From the IMG/VR virus record IMGVR_UViG_3300050134_000089, positions 1-39,738 of that record: DNA of 39,738 bases; one strand, 5' to 3'. Made by a program: the position numbers and the translations under genes. A model generated the notes under the pieces. That model saw nothing but the letters and a program-made list of their open reading frames with translations, searched no databases and was not told where the DNA came from. This document shows, piece after piece, positions 31,813-39,738 of this stretch. Numbering within the stretch: the first letter of the stretch is position 1; every line of letters begins with the position of its first letter. The stretch comes from a virus.

Positions 31813-32591
31813 TATGCAACCCTAGTTGCTGAAATTCTTCCATAACCACCACCTGCGCCCACCGTAAAAGTTGCATAAATTAATAAAAAATAAGTTGTGG
31901 TTATGGCGGGTGTTACACGAAAGGAGGGTACGGTTATCGTTGATGCGGCCAAAGCAGTTGGCATTGTAGGAGTTATACTTGCACCGTCCCCAAGATTTGT
32001 ACTAAAAGAACTGCTTGAAGTGCTTATACCTCCTTGAAATAAAGTTCCGGTTAATGTTCCTGTCAAAACTGCTAATGCTGAAATATCCCAACTTCCTGCC
32101 GGCACTGAAATACTTGTAATTGTTGTTACGGTTGCAGTTGAAACTGAGACTGAATTTGCTGAAGTAACTGCTGAATTCACTCTTTGACCGGTAGTATCAA
32201 TATTTAAAGTTCCTGCTCCAACTGTTACGGAAATAGTTCCACCGGTGCTTGTTATTGTTCCGGCTGTGGGGTCTGCGCCGCTTGACCCGATGAGCATTTG
32301 ACCATTTGTCAGAGGGCCTAGAAAATTAAAGTTAGAAGCGCCTTCGGCTACGGGAAGTGTATGCGCTGTAGGACCGGAAACGCCAGTTCCTCCATTAGCC
32401 GCAGATATCGGTATACTTGGACTGTTAATATTTACTGTGCTTCCCGAACCTGAAGTTGTTGTTCCACCTGTACCTAGAAGGTTTAGATTTCCTGCCACCG
32501 GTGTTGCTGTGCCTGTATTTTCTGTAAAAAGAATAGGCACATCAGGAGGAAGGGGGATATCACTAATATTTACTATTCCGGCTTGGCTCAT
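31812..32591 (-). CDS. Tail fibre protein with shared C-terminal domain (259 aa)
   Basis: G/T/S-rich shaft. The C-terminal ~100 aa (ISVPAGSWDISALAVLTGTLTGT...TFTVGAGGGYGRISATRVA) are homologous to the C-terminus of 29702..31030. Confidence 0.6.
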   Translation of the reverse strand: MSQAGIVNISDIPLPPDVPILFTENTGTATPVAGNLNLLGTGGTTTSGSGSTVNINSPSIPISAANGGTGVSGPTAHTLPVAEGASNFNFLGPLTNGQMLIGSSGADPTAGTITSTGGTISVTVGAGTLNIDTTGQRVNSAVTSANSVSVSTATVTTITSISVPAGSWDISALAVLTGTLTGTLFQGGISTSSSSFSTNLGDGASITPTMPTALAASTITVPSFRVTPAITTTYFLLIYATFTVGAGGGYGRISATRVA

Positions 32592-32592
32592 A

Positions 32593-32937
32593 TTACCCCT
32601 GAACTAGATATTGAGAAACTATATACAATAATCCAACGCCTGCTGTTGCAGATTTAGCACTAAATTGTGTTCCAGCTGGTATTGTAGGCATGTTTGAAGT
32701 AGACATTTGCGCTTGTGAGTTGTCATAAAGTGCAAAAGAACCACCAGGAATTACGTCGTAGTTATTGACTCCATCTATTGAAATTGTCACTAATACATTA
32801 CTGTTATTTAAGAATTTTAATTTATATGATGGTTCTAATAGAGGTCCTCCTATTGGGTAATAGGTTGTTGCACTTGCCATTGTAGAAGTATCTAGGGATC
32901 TTAAAAGTTCCCAAGTTATGCGGCTTGTATATGACAT
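32593..32937 (-). CDS. Small protein within the tail-fibre cluster (114 aa; assembly or adaptor candidate)
   Basis: Track ORF, 1-nt gap to the next gene. No motif; role inferred from position only. Confidence 0.45.
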   Translation of the reverse strand: MSYTSRITWELLRSLDTSTMASATTYYPIGGPLLEPSYKLKFLNNSNVLVTISIDGVNNYDVIPGGSFALYDNSQAQMSTSNMPTIPAGTQFSAKSATAGVGLLYIVSQYLVQG

Positions 32938-32964
32938 AGATCCTTAATTGGTTTAATTTTTATA

Positions 32965-33624
32965 CTAGTTCACTATCATCCACGCGATTGTCGAAGTATC
33001 AGTACCTTGACTTGCCGTAATGACAAAACTTGTGCCAGCTGTCTTTGCAGTTACATCCAATGCTGAAGCTACCGTAACCGTTCCTAATGCTTGAGATGTT
33101 AGAAATATCAATGAATTAGCCGTCACCGCTGTAGTTGCAACAGTAGCTGTTCCGCCTACAAGTGCTACACTTCCAAATGAATTTGCACCGGCTGTTGTCG
33201 TAGTTGCAACGCTTGTACTGACGATTTTATTTCCGGCAGTTCCAAGAACTAAGTTTCCATTTGTAGCAGTAATATTGCCTAGAGTTGCTGAAATTGATCC
33301 TGGAGCAATAAATGTGCTTGGTATAGAAAGTGTAGTGGTTCCAGATGTTGTTGAAGCGGTAATTTGATTGGCTGTACCATTGATAGCTAAGATATCACCC
33401 GTTGAATTCGATATTTGGACCCATGTCGCAGTGGTAATATTATTGGCTGCTGAAAGTTGTAAAAGCTTCCAAATACTATTTCCAGGCCATACCCATTCTT
33501 TACCAATTGGATATAAGACATCCGTAGATGTCGGAGCTCTCACATCATAATGAGGGACTTCAATGTTTTCTGGCCTGGTTCCAAAGCCTAAAGTATAAAG
33601 ATTTGCACCTACTGGGAAAGTCAT
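32965..33624 (-). CDS. Tail fibre protein (219 aa from the ATG at 33624)
   Basis: The track ORF extends to 33729, but ATG 33624 has a GAGG SD 9 nt upstream. MTFPVGANLYTLGFGTRPEN...DVLYPIGKEWVWPGNSIWKLL.., then a T/A/S-rich shaft. Confidence 0.6.
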   Translation of the reverse strand: MTFPVGANLYTLGFGTRPENIEVPHYDVRAPTSTDVLYPIGKEWVWPGNSIWKLLQLSAANNITTATWVQISNSTGDILAINGTANQITASTTSGTTTLSIPSTFIAPGSISATLGNITATNGNLVLGTAGNKIVSTSVATTTTAGANSFGSVALVGGTATVATTAVTANSLIFLTSQALGTVTVASALDVTAKTAGTSFVITASQGTDTSTIAWMIVN

Positions 33625-33761
33625 ATATGCCTCAAGGGTTGATCTATTTAAAATATACCTTATATGATTTAATCGATAAAAGTAAGTAATATTTAATTTA
33701 GTAGACAAATAGATTGCACTATGGCACAATATTGATTTAGAACATTAATAATATGTGATTT

Positions 33762-33923
33762 ATGAAAGAGAAGTTTTTCAGAATTAGAGTGCCTGAAGAC
33801 ATTCATAAGAAGTTTAGGATGCACTGTATAAAGCAAAGTGTTTCTGTGCCTAAACAGGCCACAGAATTATTGAGAAAGTATGTTGAAATTCAAGAACAGA
33901 ATGAAAGACTTTTAGGTCAATGA
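33762..33923 (+). CDS. Ribbon-helix-helix (Arc/CopG/ParG-like) DNA-binding micro-protein (53 aa)
   Basis: MKEKFFRIRVPEDIHKKFRMHCIKQSVSVPKQATELLRKYVE.. shows the beta-strand/helix/helix pattern of RHH proteins. Confidence 0.5.
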   Translation: MKEKFFRIRVPEDIHKKFRMHCIKQSVSVPKQATELLRKYVEIQEQNERLLGQ

Positions 33924-34018
33924 TGGAATGGGTAATATTAATAACAAGTGGATTAATCGGCGGATTTCTTGGGTCGATCTTTGTGTTGTATTTTATGAAA
34001 GGTGACACGGAATCATAA
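33923..34018 (+). CDS. Single-TM micro-protein (31 aa)
   Basis: MEWVILITSGLIGGFLGSIFVLYFMKGDTES. The ATG overlaps the RHH stop. Confidence 0.35.
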   Translation: MEWVILITSGLIGGFLGSIFVLYFMKGDTES

Positions 34019-34063
34019 CACTAAATTAATGACATGGATTTGTGTCAATATTAGGAGTAGATA

Positions 34064-34231
34064 ATGGAAAAGAACTGGACTACACACGTTGAGTTTATGG
34101 TGCTTTTAGTAACTTTGATTGGTGGTTTCTATCTTTTAGATGGCAAGATTGAAAGAGCAACTGCAACTCAATCGGCTAGGACTGATCGACTATACGAGAT
34201 GTTTATTGAGATTGTAAAGGAGAAGAAATAA
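34064..34231 (+). CDS. Single-TM micro-protein (55 aa), holin-like size
   Basis: AGGAG SD. MEKNWTTHVEFMVLLVTLIGGFYLLDGKIERATATQSARTDRLYEMFIEIVKEKK. Confidence 0.4.
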   Translation: MEKNWTTHVEFMVLLVTLIGGFYLLDGKIERATATQSARTDRLYEMFIEIVKEKK

Positions 34232-34326
34232 TGGGATTATTTTTAATGTATTTTGCATTAGCATGTGCAGCTTTTTTTGTGATTTGGGTATTTGATAAGA
34301 TTGTAAACTTTACTTATTTTTCTTAA
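34231..34326 (+). CDS. Single-TM micro-protein (31 aa)
   Basis: MGLFLMYFALACAAFFVIWVFDKIVNFTYFS. TAATG coupling. Its 3' end overlaps the convergent stop of 34323..35999. Confidence 0.35.
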   Translation: MGLFLMYFALACAAFFVIWVFDKIVNFTYFS

Positions 34327-35999
34327 TCTAAATTTTCTTTTTTTAGAATATCGAACTTTTTCTCAGCTATTGCGAAATCACCCTTTTTAAATGCTCTAAC
34401 ACCTTCATCCCAGGTAATCGCAAGTTTAGGCTTGTCCAATAGCATTTGCCATAATTCTTTATATGCATTTTTGGTTATACCAATACCTCCTTTCAAATAA
34501 CCCAAATTAGGATGCAAAATATATGCTAAACCTGTTGATGCTAGTTCTGTGAATCCTTTTTTCTTAGCTACTTTCATCATTTTGTGGGCTTGTTCAACTG
34601 ACATTAAATCTTTAGTTAACTGTTCAAAGTCTTTATATCCTTTTTCTCCCAAAGCTCGCTTAAATGGAAATTGCATTCCTTCTTTTTCTAGAAGGTTATT
34701 TCCTTTTTTGAAGTTGATTTTCCCCTCAAAAAGATCATTCATAAATCCATCAATGGCCTCTACATCCATTATTTCTTGCCATTTTTTATTAGTGGATTTA
34801 AAGAGATTGGAGAATTCAGAATCAGGAAAAGACTCTTCTATCACATCTGCAATAACATTATTATAATCCAAGAGGGCTTGCTTCTTTCCTCTATTATAGG
34901 CTGACGATTGACCAGGTTCTCTTATTTCTCTGAATGCCTTATTATTTTTTCTATATTGATCTATAAGATCGCTAGCAGAAATTTGTTGATTTGATGTTTC
35001 TTTAATCGATTGCTTTACAAATTTCCTATGAGCCTGATCATATTCGGAAGGTAAGAAACCAGTTCCTTTTTTATTCAAAACTTTATCTATTAAATTTCGT
35101 TTGATTTGTTTACTTGAGAAAGTCTGAGGTAAATCTTCAGCCAGTTCTTTAACCTTCTCAAAACCTTTCGAAGCAGCCTCTTTAAATCCTTTATCTTCTT
35201 TTAATGCTGAGAAAGTTTCTTCGATAGGACTTTTCTCAATAATATCGCTCGCAATATCTCTAAATTCGGTTTCCAGTTTTTCATTGATCTTATTGATTTT
35301 ATTCTTTGAGACTTCGACTGGCTTATCCAAATTTTCGAATCTTCTTTCAGTTAATCCAGAAGGCTTTTTAGATTTTCCTATATTAATAGATGGAGAACCT
35401 TCCGGAAGACTTTTTAATACTGCAAATGAAGCTATCTCTGCTAATGGTTCTGGTAAACCGGCTTCTTGCAATATTTCTTTCACTCCTTCAACACCTGCTC
35501 CCAAAACAGGTTTAGGTAAACCTACATCTAAACCTCTAAAAGTTCCTTTCGTAGGAGCCAGTTTTCCGGCTGTAGAAGCAAATTTAACTCCTTTCTGAAG
35601 GCGTGTTTTAGCGGTTAATGGAGCACCTGTTTTTTCTTCAATTGCTTTCTCTATATTAGATTGAGTAGGAAAAGCCTCTTGAGCTCCTTGAACAGCTTCC
35701 ATGTACTTTTCTTCATCAAATGGAATGCCTTCACGTTCAGATATCATTTTGAGATGTTCTATTTCCTCAGGATCTAATGATTCTCCCGTTCCGACCATAC
35801 TAATTAAATCTAAAGGGTAACTTACTCCTTGGGCTATACCCGAAGGGATTTGATAGGCAGTACGTAATATATCTTTCCACCAAGGTTCTTCCTCAATACC
35901 TTCTGAACTGGCAAATTGATCAAATGCATCACCATTTGGATTCTTCTTTTTTTCCTTTACTTCGCTTTCATATAGATCAAAAGCATCTTGTGTAGCCAT
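34323..35999 (-). CDS. Large internal-virion/ejection-type protein (558 aa)
   Basis: Lys/Glu-rich, helix-prone ORF, last of three such genes after the tail genes. The call rests on composition and synteny only. Confidence 0.5.
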   Translation of the reverse strand: MATQDAFDLYESEVKEKKKNPNGDAFDQFASSEGIEEEPWWKDILRTAYQIPSGIAQGVSYPLDLISMVGTGESLDPEEIEHLKMISEREGIPFDEEKYMEAVQGAQEAFPTQSNIEKAIEEKTGAPLTAKTRLQKGVKFASTAGKLAPTKGTFRGLDVGLPKPVLGAGVEGVKEILQEAGLPEPLAEIASFAVLKSLPEGSPSINIGKSKKPSGLTERRFENLDKPVEVSKNKINKINEKLETEFRDIASDIIEKSPIEETFSALKEDKGFKEAASKGFEKVKELAEDLPQTFSSKQIKRNLIDKVLNKKGTGFLPSEYDQAHRKFVKQSIKETSNQQISASDLIDQYRKNNKAFREIREPGQSSAYNRGKKQALLDYNNVIADVIEESFPDSEFSNLFKSTNKKWQEIMDVEAIDGFMNDLFEGKINFKKGNNLLEKEGMQFPFKRALGEKGYKDFEQLTKDLMSVEQAHKMMKVAKKKGFTELASTGLAYILHPNLGYLKGGIGITKNAYKELWQMLLDKPKLAITWDEGVRAFKKGDFAIAEKKFDILKKENLD

Positions 36000-37333
36000 T
36001 AAAATTTATATCCTTTTTTAGTAGCTATTTCTTTTGCTTTTTTCTTATCTCCCTTAGCTTCTTTCATTATTTGAGATATAATCTGAACATCATCGGGATC
36101 ATTAATATCTAAAGGAATATTTTTTCTATTTTCCGCATCTTTTATAATTGCTTGCTGATCATCTAAAATCTTATGAAATAATGCTTCTAATTTAGGTTTA
36201 GCTTTTTTTCCAACTTGTTTCCTAAATTCTAAAAGACCATATACTTTATCGGATGCTTCGATTTCTGCTGCTGCTTCTTCTCTAATTAAGTCTGCTTTCT
36301 GTGCATTTATACGTGAATTCAGAATTCTTTCTTTTTGCTCATCAGTTAAATATAAATCAGCGATTTTCTGCTCGAGAAGTTCAATTTCTTTTACCCTCAC
36401 TTGACCAGGGAATATAGTTCTCAAATCACCAAATTCTTCAATTAAGCCCGCTTTATATTCAACAGTTTCAGGAGAAAGTAATCGTTTACCTAAATTTAAA
36501 GGTAAAGCTTCAGCAAGAGCAGCAAATGTCGGATCATCAACTTTACCTGTTTTTATTATTTCTAAAAGATGTTGTTTGTTTTGTATTCCTTTTCTAGATG
36601 CTTCCGCACGATCAGAATATTCTTTTCGTATTGGTAAAGTTTCTTTCCTTAGCTCTTCTTCATGTTTAAATGTTTCAGCTGGTGTTCTTTTAGGTATTTT
36701 TGGTGGTTTTTTCTGAGAGTCTATATTTCCAATTTCTGGATTTTCTTCATCAAGATTTAGATTAGCTAAGGTATCATCTAAACTTATACCTCTCTGAGCA
36801 TTTTCTAAAATTGTCTGAATTAATTTAGTTTTACCACCTTCAGGGGCCGCTTTGTATATATCAGCTGTTTTCTGGCCAAAATGTTGCTTTATAGTATTAT
36901 ATCTTTCATTTTCCAACTCTTCGCTTTGAGATTTCTTTTGATTTAGTTTAGCATATTGATATTGGGCGCTTAAAGGCAATTCTGCTTCTTCTTCATCAGT
37001 CAGTTTTTCTCCTTTCATCTTTCTTGCATAAAGTTCCTGTTGTCTTTTATCAGAAGCTTTCTTGGGCTCTAGACTTTTCAACTTCAAAGCATTTTCTGTA
37101 AGTAAATCTCGTGTTTTTTTATCGTGTATGCCTTTTAAATCAACTATTTCTTTTAGAGATTCATTTTCTTCATCTTCTTTTCGAGTCTTTTCTTTTTCTT
37201 CATTCTTTCGGTTTATTCGATTTGCAAAGCCTTCCCCTGCTCCCGATAGCGCTTTATCTAATTGCAACATCTCATAGAAAGAGGGGCCTTGTTCATCTCG
37301 TTTCTTAACATAAGCCGGTAAAATTTGAACCAT
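35999..37333 (-). CDS. Internal-virion/ejection-type protein (444 aa)
   Basis: Very charged, coiled-coil-like. The stop overlaps the next ATG. Confidence 0.5.
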   Translation of the reverse strand: MVQILPAYVKKRDEQGPSFYEMLQLDKALSGAGEGFANRINRKNEEKEKTRKEDEENESLKEIVDLKGIHDKKTRDLLTENALKLKSLEPKKASDKRQQELYARKMKGEKLTDEEEAELPLSAQYQYAKLNQKKSQSEELENERYNTIKQHFGQKTADIYKAAPEGGKTKLIQTILENAQRGISLDDTLANLNLDEENPEIGNIDSQKKPPKIPKRTPAETFKHEEELRKETLPIRKEYSDRAEASRKGIQNKQHLLEIIKTGKVDDPTFAALAEALPLNLGKRLLSPETVEYKAGLIEEFGDLRTIFPGQVRVKEIELLEQKIADLYLTDEQKERILNSRINAQKADLIREEAAAEIEASDKVYGLLEFRKQVGKKAKPKLEALFHKILDDQQAIIKDAENRKNIPLDINDPDDVQIISQIMKEAKGDKKKAKEIATKKGYKF

Positions 37334-37342
37334 GATTAATCC

Positions 37343-38029
37343 TTAAAATAAGCCTGTTGCAAGACCGCGTCCTACTCCGCCTAGGAAAGATCCGACTCCA
37401 CTTGTGATTTGGTCGCCAATGCCAGGTTTATAAGGTTTAGGCTCTTTCTGTGGTTTTTGAGTAAGAAGATTCTCATAAGGTCTTTGACCAAGCAATTGGC
37501 CGCCTAATCCTTGTAAGTCTGTAATCGCCTGTTGTTGTAATCCTTGTCTTCTTGCTGCCAGATCTTGAGCAAATGTAGAAGCGGATTGCTGCATTTCGTT
37601 TTGAAAGCCACTACTTTTTCTAGCTCCCAATCCTGAATTGCTATAACGGGAAGCAATATTACTTTGTATGGCACCAAATTGCCGAAGAGCAGGGGCTTCC
37701 ATTTCATCAAACAATTCTTCATCACCTTGACCTAGCCTTGATAAATAGCTATCAGGTGATAACTGACCCATTAAATGCTGAAGGAGTTCCATTTGTTCGG
37801 GTGTGAACTGTTGAAGTGTGCCTTTACGATATCCTTGAGGAATCATTTCATTTTCGTTACCACCTCTAAGCATATTCGAGCGTTTCTGCTTTTGCATGGT
37901 TCGTTCATCGCGCTTAAGCTGGCGAGAATCATATTTTTCTCTACGCTTATTGCCATATCGAGTGAGTTTATCTTTATATTGTTGTTTCAAGCCTGCGTAT
38001 CTATCATTTGGGCCTGTCAATGAATTCAT
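37343..38029 (-). CDS. Internal-virion-type protein with Gly-zipper C-terminus (228 aa)
   Basis: Q/R/G-rich. The tail ..GIGDQITSGVGSFLGGVGRGLATGLF is membrane-active-looking. Confidence 0.5.
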   Translation of the reverse strand: MNSLTGPNDRYAGLKQQYKDKLTRYGNKRREKYDSRQLKRDERTMQKQKRSNMLRGGNENEMIPQGYRKGTLQQFTPEQMELLQHLMGQLSPDSYLSRLGQGDEELFDEMEAPALRQFGAIQSNIASRYSNSGLGARKSSGFQNEMQQSASTFAQDLAARRQGLQQQAITDLQGLGGQLLGQRPYENLLTQKPQKEPKPYKPGIGDQITSGVGSFLGGVGRGLATGLF

Positions 38030-38053
38030 AATGACCTCTTTTTCTTTAGAATA

Positions 38054-38548
38054 TCATACATTCGATAGATATTCCAATACTGCTAATCCTGAAACTACAT
38101 TTGGCGCCGTTGCACCCACAATAATCCTTAAACTCAAAACTCCTCCCACTGTTCCAACTAAAATTGTCATCCCATTCGTATTTGTTATAGGATCGGGATA
38201 GGGAAGTGGTCTATAATCAACTACATTAGTCGTTACATCGCCATAAATACGAGTAAAACTTACAAATTCTGCCGGTATATTTACGGGTATATCTAGTTCA
38301 GTCCCTGCTACAATAGCCCCAAAGGGATAAACTTTCCTTAGGGTCTGCTGTTTTTGATTATTAGCAATATACCAACTCTCACCCGTTACTGTCGGCATAT
38401 TCGTTGTGAATATTCCAATCATGCGTGTATTAACAGCTGTTGCAATATCGATATAGCTTCGGGTTACCTGAATCGCCAATTGTTCTAAATCAGGCGGAAA
38501 CTGCCTAGAGGTCCTTAAGAAAGAAACGCTATTCGTAAAATTATTCAT
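38054..38548 (-). CDS. Virion structural protein (164 aa)
   Basis: Track ORF. Its start overlaps the stop of the 998-aa gene by 4 nt. Confidence 0.55.
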   Translation of the reverse strand: MNNFTNSVSFLRTSRQFPPDLEQLAIQVTRSYIDIATAVNTRMIGIFTTNMPTVTGESWYIANNQKQQTLRKVYPFGAIVAGTELDIPVNIPAEFVSFTRIYGDVTTNVVDYRPLPYPDPITNTNGMTILVGTVGGVLSLRIIVGATAPNVVSGLAVLEYLSNV

Positions 38549-39738
38549 GAGAGCAATGAACTCGTATATAAATCTAATATGAAGGCATGTAATTCTATCT
38601 CTTCTATAGCACTTATAGGTTTGCCTGTTATACCTGTTTGTCGCATTTGATCATTGGAAAGAGTAAATCCAAGCTGAATAGTATCTCCTATAAGAGAGGT
38701 ATTCATCCGATGCCAAATCTGTTCTTGTGAATTTGCAATAGGGTTTTGAATATTCGTCACATTATATATGAAGTTCGTCATTGTCGTTTCTTGATTGGGT
38801 GCTACTGTGAAGGCAATCGTAATAAGACTATTGGCATAATCAATAGAAGATCCCGCAGAAGTTCCGGTTCCTGTAGCTACAAAGCCACCAATTCCATTAT
38901 CTGTAAAAGTAGCTATAGTGCCAATTTGGATAAAAATACTTCCCGGTACTATTCCTAGTTCTACATATTGGAATATGTTTGAATACATGAAAGTGAAAGA
39001 TGTCAAAATACCATTTCCAATTAACCCTAAGGATACTCTAGAGACGGCTTGCTGGTAATATTCAGGCGATGTAAAAACAGTTTGAGAATAAATTAAAGAG
39101 TTATTGTCCGGAGGTGGACTATTTGTGGGCACGATTGTACCAGCATTATAAGGGTCGCTAATATCCTCACTTAAATAAATATTTACGGTGATTTGGGTAT
39201 TAGGAAGATCTGTTTTAGTCAGAAGATATTGTTGTATTCCTACACGCGTTTTTCTTGATAATCCCCAACTAGGTGGAAATTGCCGTGTTTTGATTAAAGG
39301 AACATAAAGCCTTGTTATCTGTCCCCCTCCTTGATAGGTACCGGTAATTATAGGAGGAGCACTTATCATGATTGTATTTGTCGTTACCATGAGAACTTGA
39401 AAGATACTTCCATTGATGAGAGTTCCCATTGCTCCATTGGCACCGGTAATGATAATAAAATCATTCGTGTTCAAAGAATGATTAGGCGAAGTTACGGTTT
39501 GTCCAACGATATTTTGAATGGATAAACTTGGCGCTTCGGATGTGGTCTCATCTTCCCTAAATACAATGTATCCTTGTTGATTGCCTGCGATAACTTGAGG
39601 ATCGAGTAATGTACTATCTCCTGCTGTCCACGGAGCATTCCAGGTATTCCAAGTAAATGGAATAGTAAGCCATGTAAATCCGGTAGACGGTTTGAATTGT
39701 CCATAAGTAGTATAACTTTCGTTAAACACAGCCCAAGA
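38545..39738 (-). CDS. C-terminal part of the 998-aa virion/tail protein (unique sequence to 39611; 39612..39738 duplicates 1..127)
   Basis: Track ORF 38545..39729 starts only at an internal GTG near the window edge. The frame is continuous with 1..1930 on the circular map. Contains a further copy of the shared module (TVTSPNHSLNTNDFIIITGANG...). Confidence 0.8.
   Translation of the reverse strand, partial: SWAVFNESYTTYGQFKPSTGFTWLTIPFTWNTWNAPWTAGDSTLLDPQVIAGNQQGYIVFREDETTSEAPSLSIQNIVGQTVTSPNHSLNTNDFIIITGANGAMGTLINGSIFQVLMVTTNTIMISAPPIITGTYQGGGQITRLYVPLIKTRQFPPSWGLSRKTRVGIQQYLLTKTDLPNTQITVNIYLSEDISDPYNAGTIVPTNSPPPDNNSLIYSQTVFTSPEYYQQAVSRVSLGLIGNGILTSFTFMYSNIFQYVELGIVPGSIFIQIGTIATFTDNGIGGFVATGTGTSAGSSIDYANSLITIAFTVAPNQETTMTNFIYNVTNIQNPIANSQEQIWHRMNTSLIGDTIQLGFTLSNDQMRQTGITGKPISAIEEIELHAFILDLYTSSLLS
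39612..39738. repeat. Terminal direct repeat, right copy (identical to 1..127)
   Basis: Exact 127-bp identity with the window start. Confidence 0.95.

Noticed and set aside
29702-32591. Diversity-generating retroelement acting on the duplicated tail-fibre C-termini.
   Set aside because: The genome has no reverse transcriptase. The two copies differ at all base types rather than adenine-specifically, and they are ordinary diverged paralogs.
86-39704. Numerous 60-145-aa track ORFs antisense to or nested in larger genes. Examples: 86..292, 858..1079, 3116..3547, 4207..4398, 5197..5424, 5977..6228, 8523..8705, 10291..10566, 12815..13000, 14667..15020, 15091..15432, 15228..15413, 15764..16009, 16438..16704, 18118..18381, 22311..22544, 22936..23325, 24110..24358, 26237..26425, 26945..27184, 28862..29071, 29488..29673, 29505..29813, 30597..31016, 31463..31648, 31548..31757, 33368..33550, 34549..34866, 35284..35598, 37062..37308, 37504..37725, 37775..38201, 38746..38958, 39331..39525 and 39492..39704.
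   Set aside because: Each lies wholly within a longer ORF that has recognisable function or operon context. They lack SDs and have low-complexity or hydrophobic shadow-frame composition.
1-39738. Alternative genetic code (TAA or TGA reassigned) as an explanation for the in-frame stops at 7969..7971 and 26361..26363.
   Set aside because: Long uninterrupted ORFs (710, 998 and 558 aa) and many genes ending in TAA or TGA with stop/start overlaps (TAATG, ATGA) show that all three stops function as stops genome-wide.

Overview
The window is one complete, AT-rich tailed-phage genome written out linearly. Bases 1..127 are identical to 39612..39738, so the unique circular or circularly permuted length is 39611 bp. 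One 998-aa virion gene spans the junction.

Layout:
- A long minus-strand transcription unit runs from a Cro-like HTH (21899) through a replication organizer, RusA-like resolvase, TerS/TerL, portal, scaffold-like protein and major capsid gene. It continues through about 10 virion/tail genes, across the junction, through three internal-virion-type proteins, and ends in a four-gene tail-fibre/tailspike cluster at 29702.
- The plus strand carries an early block (22093..28117): a RecT/Redbeta-like annealase, a YqaJ-like exonuclease, DUF551, an SPFH-like membrane protein and many tiny Cys-rich ORFs.
- It also carries a small serine-recombinase cassette (28712..29705), a 3-gene island inside the morphogenesis operon (10987..12228), and an RHH plus three micro-TM ORFs (33762..34326).
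- I found no rRNA, tRNA or CRISPR array. I also recognised no polymerase, tyrosine or large-serine integrase, or endolysin.

Main findings:
1. The major capsid gene is split into four exons by three mutually related group I-like introns. Each has a P1 hairpin with a U-G wobble at a phase-0 splice site, a shared 3' end GUAACAGAnnG, and GNRA hairpins.
2. One intron carries a LAGLIDADG gene on the antisense strand. The other two carry members of a small motif-less protein family that also has two free-standing copies.
3. Capsid exon 2 contains an in-frame TAA inside a hairpin.
4. A DUF2829 (Tad2-like) gene sits beside an opposite-strand accessory island inside the morphogenesis operon.
5. A Hin/resolvase-size serine recombinase plus an Xis-like HTH lies next to tail-fibre paralogs.
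6. An iteron-like repeat field with a self-contained antisense promoter/terminator unit lies between the cro-like and rep genes.

All functional calls rest on motifs read by eye and on gene order. No database search was possible.
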